From the NCBI GenBank assembly GCA_964016885.1, contig OZ024764.1, forward strand, positions 7,874,001-7,938,000: a DNA stretch of 64,000 nt, read 5' to 3'. The notes beneath the pieces are model-generated. The model saw only the letters and a list, made by a program, of their open reading frames with translations, ran no database searches and was not told the DNA's origin. The translations under genes were made by a program, and so were the position numbers. This document shows positions 14,219-28,383 of this stretch, piece after piece. How positions within the stretch are numbered: position 1 is the stretch's first letter; each line of letters starts with the position of its first letter. This DNA comes from Eledone cirrhosa (lineage: Eukaryota).

Positions 14219-14838
14219 TTAACCCTTTAGCATTTACATTACTCTATATTTACTATTGTATTTTCACAGTAAAGGCTTTACCTCACATAATATCTCACAT
14301 AACATTTACATTACTCTATATATACTATTATATTATCACAGTAAAGGCTTTACCTTACATAATACCTCACACAACATTTATATTACTCTATATATACTAT
14401 TGTATTTTCACAGTAAAGTCTTTACCTCTCATAATAACTCACATAACATTTACATTACTCTATATATAATATTGTATTTTCACAGTAAAGGCTTTACCTC
14501 ACATAATATCTCACATAACATTTACATTACTCTATATATACTATTGTATTTTCACAGTAAAGGCTTTACCTCATAATATCTCACATAGCATTTACATTAC
14601 TCTATATATACTATTGTATTTTCACAGTAAAGGCTTTACCTCTCATAATAACTCACATAACATTTACATTACTCTATATATACTATCGTATTTTCACAGT
14701 AAAGGCTTTATCTCACATTATATCTCACATAACATTTACATTACTCTATATATACTATTGTATTGTCACAGTAAAGGCTTTACCTCACATAATATCTCAC
14801 ACAACATTTACATTACTCTATATATACTATTGTATATA
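14219..14838. repeat. 72-bp tandem repeat grown from the left end of a TTAA-CCCT MITE
   Basis: Starts ttaaccctttagcattt; same unit as 18140-18830. Confidence 0.9.
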
Positions 14839-15368
14839 TAGAGAAATAGGCAAAATTCCAAACCTTGTTTATAGATCGAGGCAACAGATTTAGATGGTGT
14901 CATCATCATCATTATCGTTTAGTGTTTATCTCCCATGCTAGCATGGGTTAGATGGGTATTGTCCCACTCGAGGCAAGATTGATTGGGCGACTGTGTCTTG
15001 CTTGTATAGGACTGTATTTGGCAGGTTTTCTACGGCTGGCTGCCCTTCCTAACATTAACCACATTTACAGTGTGAACTGGGAGCCTTTTTATCATGTCTC
15101 TTACACGACCACATTACAGCGGGGACTGGGTGCTTTTCTGTCATGAAACCTACACAACCATTTTACTGAGAAAGGGTGGTGTTGGTGGGAGTTGGAGGAT
15201 GGAGTAGGGGTAGTGGGTTGGGGTGTATATTTGGTTAAGAGGTGCCAACTGACTGTAGGTTTAACTTTGTACCTAAGGGAAGATGGTTCTTCCATATTAC
15301 TGTGTAGCACTAAAGATCTCAATCCAGTGACATTATCTTAGAGAGGTGTAAGTGAGCAAGGTCAGTTT

Positions 15369-15655
15369 TTATCCCCTTGTCCTAGGTTTTTCTTGATCTA
15401 CCCAATCCACACCTTCCAATACTTTTGATCGCCCTGTACTTTTTTTATACAGCTGTTGTCTTTCATATGCATCACATGTCCATACCAATGCAGTCTCCTC
15501 TCCAGAACACAACATTTGATACCTCTTATGCTTAGTCTCCCTCTCAATTCGTTTATGCTTTGCCATTCACGTACATTACTATTACACATCCACCGGAGCC
15601 TGCAAGCTTCATTTCTTTCTAATCTACGCAAGTCTTTCATGCGCATCACATGACC
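15369..15655 (-). mobile_element. RTE-type LINE C-terminal fragment
   Basis: ..LRRLERNEACRLRWMC..RRLHWYGHVMHM.. RTE motif. Confidence 0.75.
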
Positions 15656-15954
15656 TTACCAACATAATCTTCTCTCAAGTAAACAACATCTGATCCCCGT
15701 ACACCAATCTCCCATCATACCATTGATTTCTTTTGTTCTCATTGTTCTTAGCTTATATTTGAGTATATACAATGTTGTGTTTCATGGGAAGTTTCTTGTG
15801 ATTTCTAATGATAGGGGGCCCCAGTCCTATCATGTTGTTACAACTCACACCTATATAGGTTTAGCTGGCCTCCTACACGGTTTCTCAGATGTTTTAAACA
15901 TAGGGATCTCAAGACTATCATGTATCTCATAGGAGGTTTCCTGGGAGTTTTAAT

Positions 15955-17853
15955 TATAGGGACCACAGTCCTTCCATGTCATTGTATATATTTGAGTGTC
16001 TCCAATGTTGTATCTCCCGGCTAACAACTGATATAGGTAGATATGCTTCAGCTTTATTTATAGCGACCACAGTCCTTCCATGTCATTGTATATATTTGAG
16101 TGTATACAATGTTGTATCTCCTGGCTAACAACTGATATAGGTAGATATGCTTCAGCTTTATTTATAGGGACCACAGTCCTTCCATGTCATTGTATATATT
16201 TGAGTGTCTCCAATGTTGTATCTCCTGGCTAACAACTGATATAGGTAGATATGCTTCAGCTTTATTTATAGGGACCACAGTCCTTCCATGTCATTGTATA
16301 TATTTGAGTGTATACAATGTTGTATCTCCTGGCTAACAACTGATATAGGTAGATATGCTTCAGCTTTATTTATAGGGACCACAGTCCTTCCATGTCATTG
16401 TATATATTTGAGTGTCTCCAATGTTGTATCTCCCGGCTAACAACTGATATAGGTAGATATGCTTCAGTTTTATTTAAAGGGACCACAGTCTTTCCATGTC
16501 ATTGTATATATTTGAGTGTCTCCAATGTTGTATCTCCTGGCTAACAACTGATATAGGTAGATATGCTTTAGCTTCAGCTTTATTTATAGGGACCACAGTC
16601 CTTCCATGTCATTGTATATATTTGAGTGTCTCCAATGTTGTATCTCCCGGCTAACAACTGATATAGGTAGATATGCTTCAGCTTTATTTATAGGGACCAC
16701 AGTCCTTCCATGTCATTGTATATATTTGAGTGTCTCCAATGTTGTATCTCCTGGCTAACAACTGATATAGGTAGATATGCTTCAGCTTTATTTATAGGGA
16801 CCACAGTCCTTCCATGTCATTGTATATATTTGAGTGTATACAATGTTGTATCTCCTGGCTAACAACTGATATAGGTAGATATGCTTCAGCTTCAGCTTTA
16901 TTTATAGGGACCACAGTCCTTCCATGTCATTGTATATATTTGAGTGTCCAATGTTGTATCTCCCGGCTAACAACTGATATAGGTAGATATGCTTCAGCTT
17001 TATTTATAGGGACCACAGTCCTTCCATGTCGTTGTATATATTTGAGTGTCTCCAATGTTGTATCTCCTGGCTAACAACTGTTATAGGTAGATATGCTTCA
17101 GCTTCAGCTTTATTTAAAGGGACCACAGTCCTTCCATGTCATTGTATATATTTGAGTGTATACAATGTTGTATCTCCTGGCTAACAACTGATATAGGTAG
17201 ATATGCTTCAGCTTTATTTATAGGGACCACAGTCCTTCCATGTCGTTGTATATATTTGAGTGTATACAATGTTGTATCTCCCGGCTAACAACTGATATAG
17301 GTAGATATGCTTCAGCTTTATTTATAGGGACCACAGTCCTTCCATGTCGTTGTATGTATTTGAGTGTCTCCAATGTTGTATCTCCCGGCTAACAACTGAT
17401 ATAGGTAGATATGCTTCAGCTTCAGCTTTATTTATAGGGGCCACAGTCCTTCCATGTCATTGTATGTATTTGAGTGTATACAATGTTGTATCTCCTGGCT
17501 AACAACTGATATAGGTAGATATGCTTCAGCTTCAGCTTTATTTATAGGGACCACAGTCCTTCCATGTCATTGTATATATTTGAGTGTATACAATGTTGTA
17601 TCTCCCGGCTAACAACTGATATAGGTAGATATGCTTCAGCTTTATTTATAGGGACCACAGTCCTTCCATGTCATTGTATATATTTGAGTGTCTCCAATGT
17701 TGTATCTCCTGGCTAACAACTGATATAGGTAGATATGCTTCAGCTTTATTTATAGGGACCACAGTCCTTCCATGTCATTGTATGTATTTGAGTGTATACA
17801 ATGTTGTATCTCCCGGCTAACAACTGATATAGGTAGATATACTTCAGCTTCAG
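15955..17853. repeat. 104-110-bp tandem repeat (~18 copies)
   Basis: Unit gggaccacagtccttccatgtcattgtatatatttgagtg..gcttcagctttatttata. Confidence 0.95.
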
Positions 17854-17942
17854 CCTGTGCCCTTGGGAAGATGGGTCTTCTTATTGCATACCATCAGACA
17901 TCTTGGTCACTCGTATCACACACACTGTCCCTTTCTCTACAG

Positions 17943-18076
17943 GCTTACTGCCCTAAACATAGCAAAAAGCGTGAACGCAGCCAGGCCGATTCCGAATGTG
18001 ATTCTCCGAGGAAGGAGATCATTAATAGCCGAAAGGAACTCTCTGTAGAAGAGAAGGCTAACATGAGAGCTTCAAG
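17943..18076 (+). CDS. JADE: Jade exon (end of PHD2)
   Basis: ag|AYCPKHSKKRER..NMRAS(R)|gtaagt, phase 0/2. Confidence 0.93.
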
Positions 18077-18139
18077 GTAAGTGTTTTACTGTTGTTTTTA
18101 TTGCTGTTATTGTGATTATTGATACCATCTATATATAAA

Positions 18140-18830
18140 TTTAACCCTTTAGCATTCACATTACTCTATATATACTATTGTATTGTCACAGTAAAGGCTT
18201 TACCTCACATAATATCTCACATAACATTTACATTACTCTATATATACTATTGTATTGTCACAGTAAAGGCTTTACCTCACATAATATCTCACATAACATT
18301 TACATTACTCTATATATACTATTGTATTTTCACAGTAAAGGCTTTACCTCACATAATATCTCACATAACATTTACATTGCTCTATATATACTATTGTATT
18401 GTCACAATAAAGACTTTACCTCACATAATATCTCACATAACATTTACATTACTCTATATATACTATAGTATTGTCACAGTAAAGGCTTTACCTCACATAA
18501 TATCTCACATAACATTTACATTACTCTATATATACTATTGTATTTTCACAGTAAAGACTTTACCTCACATAATATCTCACATAATATTTACATTACTCTA
18601 TATATACTATTGTATTGTCACAGTAAAGGCTTTACCTCACATAATATCTCACATAACATTTACATTACTCTATATATACTATTGTATTGTCACAGTAAAG
18701 ACTTTACCTCACATAATATCTCACATAATATTTACATTACTCTATATATACTATTGTATTGTCACAGTAAAGGCTTTACCTCACATAATATCTCACATAA
18801 CATTTACATTACTCTATATATACTATATAC
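18140..18830. repeat. 72-bp tandem repeat (~9 copies), MITE-derived
   Basis: Begins ttaaccctttagcatt; 24-aa periodicity in the spurious ORF. Confidence 0.92.
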
Positions 18831-18949
18831 ATTACAGCGTGGACTCTGTGTTTTTTTATGCTTTTTTTTTGTCGTGACACCTACATTTATTTAGGACTGG
18901 ATGTTGTGGTACCAACATAACAATATTTGCAGTTTTTCACTCCTCGTGG

Positions 18950-20705
18950 GTGTTCTAGGAACAATTCTACCCATCTTGCTATATGGAAGTGAAACATGGA
19001 CGCTTTCATCCAAACTATAAAAAGCACCTTGATGGCACCTACACTACTGCTACTACCACTACTACCTTGATGACACCTACACTACTGCTACTACCACTAC
19101 TACCTTGATGACACCTACACTACTACTACTACTACTACTACCTTGATGACACCTACACTACTGCTACTACCACTACTACCTTGATGACACCTACACTACT
19201 GCTACTACCACTACTACCTTGATGACACCTACACTACTACTACTACTACTACCTTGATGACACCTACACTACTGCTACTACCACTACTACCTTGATGACA
19301 CCTACACTACTACCACTACTACCTTGATGACACCTACACTTGCCTACTTAGACACATTCAGAACATAAGCTTGTTACATTTGACTTTCAGAGAGATATAT
19401 GCCGGCCTCCCACTTATATCTGTCGTTGAACGTAAAAGGAGAGTAAGATTCGTGCCACCTCTGAGGCTGTGACCCCTTTAGTGCTTTGGAAACAACAAGC
19501 AGTCACTAATAACAGGGAGCACAAGCTCTCCTATCCCGATTTGCTGGCCACTGCCATCGTGCCACCTCTGAAGCTGTGACCCCTTTAGTGCTTTGGAAAC
19601 AACAAGCAGTCACTAATAACAGGGGCCACAAGCTCTCCTATCCCAATTTGCTGGCCACTGCCATCGTGCCACCTCTGAGGCTGTGTCCCCTTTAGTGCTT
19701 TGGAAACAACAAGCAGTCACTAATAACAGGGGCCACAAGCTCTCCTATCCCGATTTGCTGGCCACTGCCATCGTGCCACCTCTGAGGCTGTGTCCCCTTT
19801 AGTGCTTTGGAAACAACAAGCAGTCACTAATAACAGGGGCCACAAGCTCTCCTATCCCGATTTGCTGGCCACTGCCATCGTGCCACCTCTGAGGCTGTGT
19901 CCCCTTTAGTGCTTTGGAAACAACAAGCAGTCACTAATAACAGGGGCCACAAGCTCTCCTATCCCGATTTGCTGGCCACTGCCATCGTGCCACCTCTGAG
20001 GCTGTGTCCCCATTAGTGCTATAGAAACCACAAACAGTCACTAATAACAGGGGCCACAAGCTCTCCTATCCCAATTTGCTGACCACTGCCATCGTGCCAC
20101 CTCTGAGGCTGTGTCCCCATTACTGCTATAGAAACCACAAGCAGTCATTAATAACAGGGGCCACAAGCTCTCCTATCCCAATTTGCTGGCCACTGCCATC
20201 GTGCCACCTCTGAGGCTGTGACCCCTTTAGTGCTTTGGAAATGACAAGCAGTCATTAATAACAGGGGCCACAAGCTCTCCTATCCCGATTTGCTGGCCAC
20301 TGCCATCGTGCCACCTCTGAGGCTGTGTCCCCATTAGTGCTATAGAAACCACAAATAGTTACTAATAACAGGGGGCACAAGCTCTCCTATCCCAATTTGC
20401 TGGCTACTGCCATCGTGCCACCTCTGAGGCTGTGTCCCCATTAGTGCTCTAGAAACTACAAGCAGTCACTAATAACAGGGGCCACAAGCTCTCCTATCCC
20501 AATTTGCTGGCCACTGCCATCGTGCCACCTACGAGGCTGTGTCGTCATTAGTGTCACTAATAACAGGGGCCACAAGCTCCCCTCTCCCAATGTCATCTCC
20601 AGAGATTCTGGTATTGAAATCCAGGACTTGGCAACGGCAATGAACGACAGACCCACGTGGAGATCAATTGTTGAGACTATTTCAGCTGAGGGTGATGATG
20701 ATGAT
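18950..20705 (+). mobile_element. RTE LINE 3' fragment with two internal expansions (~38 bp at 19030-19340; 107 bp at 19450-20580)
   Basis: ILLYGSETWTL..LDGTYT..RVRFAGHCHR..SYPNVISRDSG..AMNDRPTWRSIV, ending in (gat)n. Confidence 0.85.
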
Positions 20706-20878
20706 AAGGAACATAATCCCCATGAATTCTGGGGGAGAACTGTAGTACTAATATTGGTTTTTAATTTAGGCACAAGGCCAGCAATTTAGTGTCGTTGACG
20801 GCATTTAGTTGTTTTAACAGCTCTTCTTGTGTTGAGATTTTCTCATTATTCTATGAATTGTTGTTGTTGTTGTTGTAG

Positions 20879-21125
20879 ACTAACTCAGCTTGATGAGGAA
20901 TTCTACACCTTGGTCAACGAAAAGGAGGTCGCCACCAAGTTCAACATTGACTTCGATATCGTGGACTTGGTCTACGTCTACTGGAAGTTGAAGCGAAAGG
21001 CCAACTACGACAGACCCCTGTTGACCCCTAAACGAGATGAGGCAAGTCTCCTGGAGAGACAACAAGAAGACAGTCTTGCAGCTCGCATGAAGATGTTTGT
21101 CCACCTTCGGCAGGATCTTGAAAGG
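20879..21125 (+). CDS. JADE: Jade exon (EPC-like region)
   Basis: ag|(R)LTQLDEEFY..YWKLKRKAN..MFVHLRQDLER|gt, phase 2/0. Confidence 0.95.
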
Positions 21126-21887
21126 GTCAGTTCTTCTTTCTTACTTTTTTTTTTTTCTTTTTTACTTTAGTGTAGAGGTTCTCAAACTTTTGGGGTCACT
21201 GTCCCCTCCTGGCCATGAAATACTCTCTGCGCCTGCCAACCCTATTTCCAGAGTCACCTGCCTACAACACAAATTGTAAATGATATACTTGGTGTGGCAA
21301 TAAAGTCTTTGGAATAACCCTTTAAATGAAAAAGCACAACATATTGAAACTAAAATTTATTAATTCTGCAAAACATAATCTCCATTGAATGTAATAACAT
21401 CTTTACAGTCCTTATGCAAAGCATTTAACTCTTTCTGGAACCATTTCTTTTGGAAATTGTTGAAACCAACACAACAATTCATCTACCACCTCTTCTAATG
21501 AAGCGAAAACAAATTTTCAACAATGTTGCTTTAACCCTTTAGCATTTACATTACTCTATATTGTGGTGGATAGGCAGTATCGCTACAGAGTCGGACACCC
21601 TTTATGGTCTGAGTTCAAATCCCGCCGAGGTTAACTTTGCCTTTCACCCTTACGGGGTCGATAAAATAAAGCACCAGTAATACACTGGGATAATTGCTGG
21701 CCTTGTGCCAAAAGTAGAAACAATTATTTCATTTTAAATCTTTTAAAATTATTTATATTTAAAAATTTTATTTCATATATTTTTTTAAATTTATATTTTA
21801 TTTTAAATATTTAAAAAAAAATTTTTTTGTTTTTTTTTTTTTGTTTTATTCAATATTTAATTAAATATTTTTAAATTTCACTTTTAG

Positions 21888-23807
21888 GTTCGCAACCTGT
21901 GCTACATGGTGAGTCGTCGGGAGAAGATGAAGCGACATTATTACCGTGTAAAGGAGAGCTTGTTTCAGGCACAGGTGGAGCTACTGACCAGCGACAAACA
22001 GCTGATGACCTCTCGGGAGGTGAACAAGATCCTTGCCAAGTACGAAGACAACAGCCTGTACAACGTGTTCCTGAAGCAGGACCACGACCCCGACACCACT
22101 GTGTTGTCGGACTGGGGTGTGTCGAGGGTTGGCTACGAGGACTTCATCAAACGTCACCTGTCGTTTGGGAGTCCACAGGCCGGGTCTGACGGTGGCAGCA
22201 AGCACCATCAGTCGGTGTATCGTAGCCCGCAGCGAACCCCGATGTCCGTGAAGGGTTGTGTACGGAAAAAGGCCCGCCAATCTCCGGCGATGGAGAACAG
22301 CAAACAGCACCAGGAGAGGGCAGCGACGCCCAAGTACGCCATCAAGAAGCTTATCCCGCACAAGAACAAGGAAAACGCGGCGAGGAAATCTTACGTTGAC
22401 GTTGACGATGGCGACGACGATGATGATGATGACGACGACGAAAGCCAGGTTTCCGACGATGGTAATTACGATGCGGTCGAGAACTTTCTGCCAAAAGGGC
22501 AGCTGACTGGCGACAAGAAGAAAAAGAAGAAGAAGAAAATGATGATGATGAAGCGGCGGAAGAAGAGGAGGAGAAAAACTATCGCAGGGGGACCCTGTCG
22601 GAATATTCTGAAGGACCGCAAGTGCTCCTCACTGTTGCTAGCGACGACTGTGCCGCCCTCTAACAAGGCAACAGCGAATAACAGCAACAGTGGAAGCAGT
22701 AAGAAGAGCAAGTTGAAAAGTATTATCAAAGTCCACAAGCTAAGGTTCGAACGGAACGCCCTTAAAAGGAAGCTGACGGAGAAGTTCAGCCACGGCCAAC
22801 ACCATCATCAGCACCACCTCTCCCGGGGTTACTCGAAGTTCCGGGTCAGCGGCTACCCAATGTCGGATGAGAAATGCAGTAAGGCGGTGGGCAATGAAAA
22901 TCAGGACAAATCCAACCTTTTGGATGCCCACGTCCACCACAAACAGAAGGGTTATAATGGTGGCGCGAGAGGGTCCAACGCGAGCAACCCTGCTGTTGTG
23001 TCTCTCAAGAAGAAACAGCGTGGCGGCAGCGGTGGTGTTGGTGGTGGTAGTAGGGGCGGAGGAACGGGTGGTGGTGGTGGTGGTGGTGGTGGTGGTGGTG
23101 TCGGTGGTAACGCAGAAGGGGGCTTCAGGCACCACCACCACCACCATCATCACAAGGTAAAGCGTGAACAGACGGGGGGTGGCTTCCCGCGCGGCCGTGA
23201 CTCCGACAGGGACGAAGAAGAAGACGACGGCGGCGGCCTCGATGGAGATGGCGACGACGAGCTGGCTCGTTACTCTGTGGTGGCCACCCCACTGTCGGCC
23301 GCGCAGTCGGCTCTGAAGGGCGGAGCTGGCGCGGGCCACATCTCCGAGCGACTCAAGGTGGAGCTTCATGGCCTGCTGGAGAAGTCGAAGCTGTTCGTGC
23401 CGGAGAAGCTGCGCGAGAGGCTGCAGGACAAGCTGCTGGAGTCGAAGAACATCCGTTGCTTCATGAGCGGCCTTCGGGACACCCGGCAACCGCCTCCGCT
23501 GGTCTTCAACTCCTACTGGAGGCTGTCGAAGGCTTCCCGGTCGCGCCTCGCCGAGCCCGGCCGTCAGCAAGACCGCGACTGTCGCCCCGTTGCCGCCGCC
23601 GCCGACGACGACGACGACGACCGTCCACCACCGGAGCTTGAGATTCAGGACATTGGCAGGAGACGGAGGCGGAGAAGCTCTTCTTCCATATTTAGTCATC
23701 ACATAGCGTCTTCGGACTTCTTCAACAACAAGCTCGACCATGAGGAATGGTATGAAAGCCACAACGCCAGCGGGGATGACGGCCACTACAAGGTCCATAC
23801 TAGCCGA

Positions 23808-23851
<44 letters not shown>

Positions 23852-24566
23852 TAATAATAATAATCGGCATGACACGTCTGACAGCAAGCAGTCACATCTT
23901 GTTGGCGATGAACAACAACAACAACAACAACAACCACAACCACCACAACCACCACAGAAGCATGTGAAGTTGGAGGGTTCCGGTCAGGATCATCACATCA
24001 ATAACAACAGCAACAGCAACAGCAACAGCAGGATCTGCACGAGGCCTCCCCTCGAGCGTAGGGTTCGACGGAAGCTCAGCCAAGACCTGGAGGCTTGCCG
24101 GACAGCGGGCGAGCCTTTGGCAGGCGACACTGCTCCGCTGGCGCGAGAGAAGCAAGCATCATCGTCATCATCAGTAGCTTCCACTGTGGAAAGTCGAGCA
24201 GACTCTGTAAGCGATTCTGGCAACAATAATGATGCAGATGATGATGATGATGATGATAGTACCAACAACAACAACAACAGCAGCAGTGGTAACACTAATT
24301 CTTCGAAGGGAAATTCATTGAAGGAGTCTGGGTCGTCGAAATGTGGCGCAGCCACCGAAGAGGGGCCTGAGAACAACACTACTACTACTACGAGTCAAAG
24401 CCAGGAGAAGTACATTGATACGTTCAGACGCCTGTCTGCGATCCCACGTCGGATAACGCGCAGCCTCACCACCGAATGGAGCGGGGAAGAGGGAAGCGAT
24501 GCCAGCCACAAGCCTTCGCCCGTGTCATCTTCGTCATCAAAACAATCCCTTAAGTCTACAACGTGA
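21888..24566 (+). CDS. JADE: Jade/rhinoceros terminal coding exon with long low-complexity tail
   Basis: ag|VRNLCYMVSRREKMKR continues the Jade motif RQDLERVRNL; open to TGA at 24566. Confidence 0.9.
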
Positions 24567-24619
24567 TGTGCATATATATCTATATATGTATATACTTATA
24601 TATATATATCTATATATAA

Positions 24620-24824
24620 TAAAAAAACGGAAGTTTCGTTCATGGTTTTATTGAGTATAAATCTGTTACATGTGTTTCACAGATGGTCAGCTCAAGGTCA
24701 CCTATGGAAGCTATGAACCTAACACCAGCATTTATCAGCTTGTCAGTCAGACTTGTGATTCAACAAAAGTTAAAATATTTGGTACCACCACCACCAGTAA
24801 TTCACTGAATCACCTAAACTATAT

Positions 24825-24864
<40 letters not shown>

Positions 24865-25200
24865 CTATAAGAAAAAAAACGAAACCTGTTTTTATTGAAT
24901 ATCAAGACGTTACATGTGTTTCACAGATGGTCGGCTCAACGTCACCGAACACCAGCATCAATCTGCTCATCAGTCAGACTGGTGATTCAGAAAGTTAATG
25001 TTTTTAATACCACCACCAGTAATTCATTGAATCGCCAACCCATACACCCCCACACACACATATAAAAGAAAAAAAAAAACAAGTTTCGTTTACACGTTTT
25101 TATTGAATATCAATGTTATACGCGTTTCATAGACGATCGGCTCAACGTCAAACTTAACACCAGCATTGATCTGCTCATCAGTCTACTGACTCAACAAAGA
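24620..25200. repeat. Three diverged copies of a ~200-250-bp unit downstream of the Jade stop
   Basis: ttttattga..tgtttcacagatggtc..aacaccagcat..gtcagact recurs near 24640, 24890, 25095. Confidence 0.7.
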
Positions 25201-25317
25201 ATAACTTAAAGAAACATTGGTTCCTCAAAAATTGAGACGAGCCGTGAATGTATTTGAAATTTGAAATTCATGGAAATAGTGTTTATATATATATATATTT
25301 ATATATATAATCGACCA

Positions 25318-26163
25318 TAACCCTTTAACATCCACATTACTCTATATATACTATTGCATTTTCACGGTAAAGGCTTTACCTCACATACTCTTTTACCTGT
25401 TTCAGCCATCCGGCTGAGGCCATGCTGGGGCACCGCCCTTAATATCAAATCCACAAAATTTTGATGTTAATTATTTTGAGAAAAATACCTTAACATCAGT
25501 ATGAACGGCTAGTTAGAGCTGGTTTGAACAGGAGGTCATCATCATCATCATCATCACCGTTTTACGTCCGTTCTTCCACGCTAGCATGGGCTAGACGGGT
25601 TGTCCTGTTGTGGGCAGTGTCTGGTCGGTTGACCATGCCTTGCTCATACAGGAACTGATCTGGCTTGATTTCTACAGCTGGATGCCCTTCCTAACACCAA
25701 CCTCATTTACAGTGAGTGCTGGGTGCTTTTTCATGGCGCCTACACGTCCACTTTACAGTGTGGGCTGGGTGCTTTTTCGTGGGGCCTACACGTCCACTTT
25801 ACAGTGTGGGCTGGGTGCTTTTTTGCCGTGGCACCTCCACGTCCACTTTACAGTGGGAGGGTGTGGGGGCATATTGCCTATATGCTTCAGCTTGTACCCA
25901 TGGGAGGTCGGGTACTCTGTATTACTGCGTGACGACAGAGGTGGCGAGAGAATTCTGGACATCCACAATGTTCCAGTGTATGATGACATTTAGAAGACTT
26001 AACCTTACAGTAAACGCTTTACTTCACATAATATCAAATCTATGAGACTTTGATATGTATATATTGAGAACATCAGTATGAGTGGCTGGTTACAGCCGGT
26101 TTGAACAGATGAAGGTGAGAGAATTCCGGCCAGATATGGCCGGTTTAAATGCTAAAGGGTTAA
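25318..26163. mobile_element. piggyBac-like non-autonomous MITE with nested SINE pieces
   Basis: Left (t)taaccctttaacat, right atgctaaagggttaa: TTAA plus CCCTTTAGCAT terminal inverted repeat; compact copy at ~29945-30148. Confidence 0.6.
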
Positions 26164-26529
26164 AGAACTGAAACAATGTAACAATGTATCTTGAGCATAT
26201 ATATATATATATATATAGGAAAAGAGTCAAGACCCCGACGGCTGAGCTCTGGCCGTTTCGACAGCTAGATCCAAACTAAACCATATATATATATATCATC
26301 ATCATCATCATCATCAGCATCGTCGTCGATTAACGTCTATCTTCCTCGCTAGTATGGGTTAGACGGGAGTTGTCCCCCTTGAGGCAAGATTGGTTGGGTG
26401 ACCGTGTCTCGCTCGTATAGGACTGTATCTGGCAGGTTGTCTATGGCTGGATGAAAACCCGCCAGACAGTTCTATCGTCATCATCATCAGTTGTGCTCAT
26501 ATATACTGGTTGGATGCCCTTCCTAACAC

Positions 26530-27690
26530 CAACACCACTTTACAGCATGGACTGGGTGCTTTTATTCGTGCCACCAACACTAAAGAGGTTGTTAACGGGA
26601 CTCAGAGGCCCTCTTTACCCCTACACTTTACAGCATGGACTGGGGGCTTTTATTCGTGCCACCAACACTAGAGAGGTTGTGTACTGGACTCAGGAGCCTT
26701 CTTTACCCCTACACTTTACAGCATGGACTGGGTGCTTTTATTCGTGCCACCAACACTAGAGAGGTTGTGTACTGGACTCAGGGGCCCTCTTTACCCCTAC
26801 ACTTTACAGCATGGACTGGGTGCTTTTATTCGTGCCACCAACACTAGAGAGGTTGTGTACTGGACTCAGGAGCCTTCTTTACCCCTACACTTTACAGCAT
26901 GGACTGGGTGCTTTTATTCGTGCCACCAACACTAGAGAGGTTGTGTACTGGACTCAGGGGCCCTCTTTACCCCTACACTTTACAGCATGGACTGGGTGCT
27001 TTTATTCGTGCCACCAACACTAGAGAGGTTGTGTACTGGACTCAGGAGCCTTCTTTACCCCTACACTTTACAGCATGGACTGGGTGCTTTTATTCGTGCC
27101 ACCAACACTAGAGAGGTTGTGTACTGGACTCAGAGGCCCTCTTTACCCCTACACTTTACAGCATGGACTGGGTGCTTTTATTCGTGCCACCAACACTAGA
27201 GAGGTTGTGTACTGGACTCAGGAGCCTTCTTTACCCCTACACTTTACAGCATGGACTGGGTGCTTTTATTCGTGCCACCAACACTAGAGAGGTTGTGTAC
27301 TGGACTCAGAGGCCCTCTTTACCCCTACACTTTACAGCATGGACTGGGTGCTTTTATTCGTGCCACCAACACTAGAGAGGTTGTGTACTGGACTCAGGAG
27401 CCTTCTTTACCCCTACACTTTACAGCATGGACTGGGTGCTTTTATTCGTGCCACCAACACTAGAGAGGTTGTGTACTGGACTCAGGGGCCCTCTTTACCC
27501 CTACACTTTACAGCATGGACTGGGTGCTTTTATTCGTGCCACCAACACTAGAGAGGTTGTGTACTGGACTCAGGGGCCCTCTTTACCCCTACACTTTACA
27601 GCATGGACTGGGTGCTTTTATTCGTGCCACCAACACTAAAGAGGTTGTTTACTGGACTCAGGGGCCCTCTCTACCCCTCCATTTTACAGC
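26530..27690. repeat. 88-bp tandem repeat (~13 copies)
   Basis: ORF starts recur every 88 nt; the unit begins with the SINE-like actttacagcatggactgggtgctttt. Confidence 0.95.
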
Positions 27691-28383
27691 ATATATATAT
27701 ATATATATATATATAGAAGGTATGTTTAGAAAGCGGCAAGTCGTGATTGAAAATTGAATTCAAAGATTTTACCAGAACTTTGACTAAATAAGAAACTGAT
27801 AATAATTGTGTAGAAACCCACTGAAAAGGAAAAGATGGACATCAGCACACACACACACACATATATACATACATACACACACACGTATCTTGATGCAGGG
27901 TCTTGAAATCACTCACGGAGGAGGAACCCCTCCTTGGACTCCTTCCACTGACTTCTGTCCCTTGCCAGTCTTTGCCATGAGGGTCCCAGGTGGCTGGTGA
28001 GGTCGTCTCACCATCTTGTCCTTGGATGTCCTTTTAATCTCGTCCATTTTCTTGGTGTCCACTCTGTCACTTGATCATCCATCTGTTGTCATATATATAC
28101 ACACACACACACACACACATATGTATATATATATACTATGGGCATTAGCACATACCTATAAACATAGATACCTGTTTTACGTCTTAATATGTACTGGCAT
28201 GAATCATACCAACCTTAATTTACCAAAACCATAGTGATTTCCAGAGGCTGATTGATGAGATGGGACTGTCCATTTTTCCATTTTCTTTGTCCTGTGTGTT
28301 CCATATTTTGAATATATATATATATATATATATGTATTATGAAAGTAAAACAAAGAAGCCTTCAATACATCAAAAGTCTTTAT

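Noticed and set aside
18119-18894. 252-aa hydrophobic repeat ORF, and the similar ORFs at 14200-14841
   Set aside because: Translation of a 72-bp MITE-derived satellite
22740-24509. Antisense ORFs of up to 376 aa
   Set aside because: Shadow frames of the GC-rich Jade terminal exon
26451-27757. Series of ~70-aa ORFs
   Set aside because: Artefact of an 88-bp tandem repeat cycling through frames
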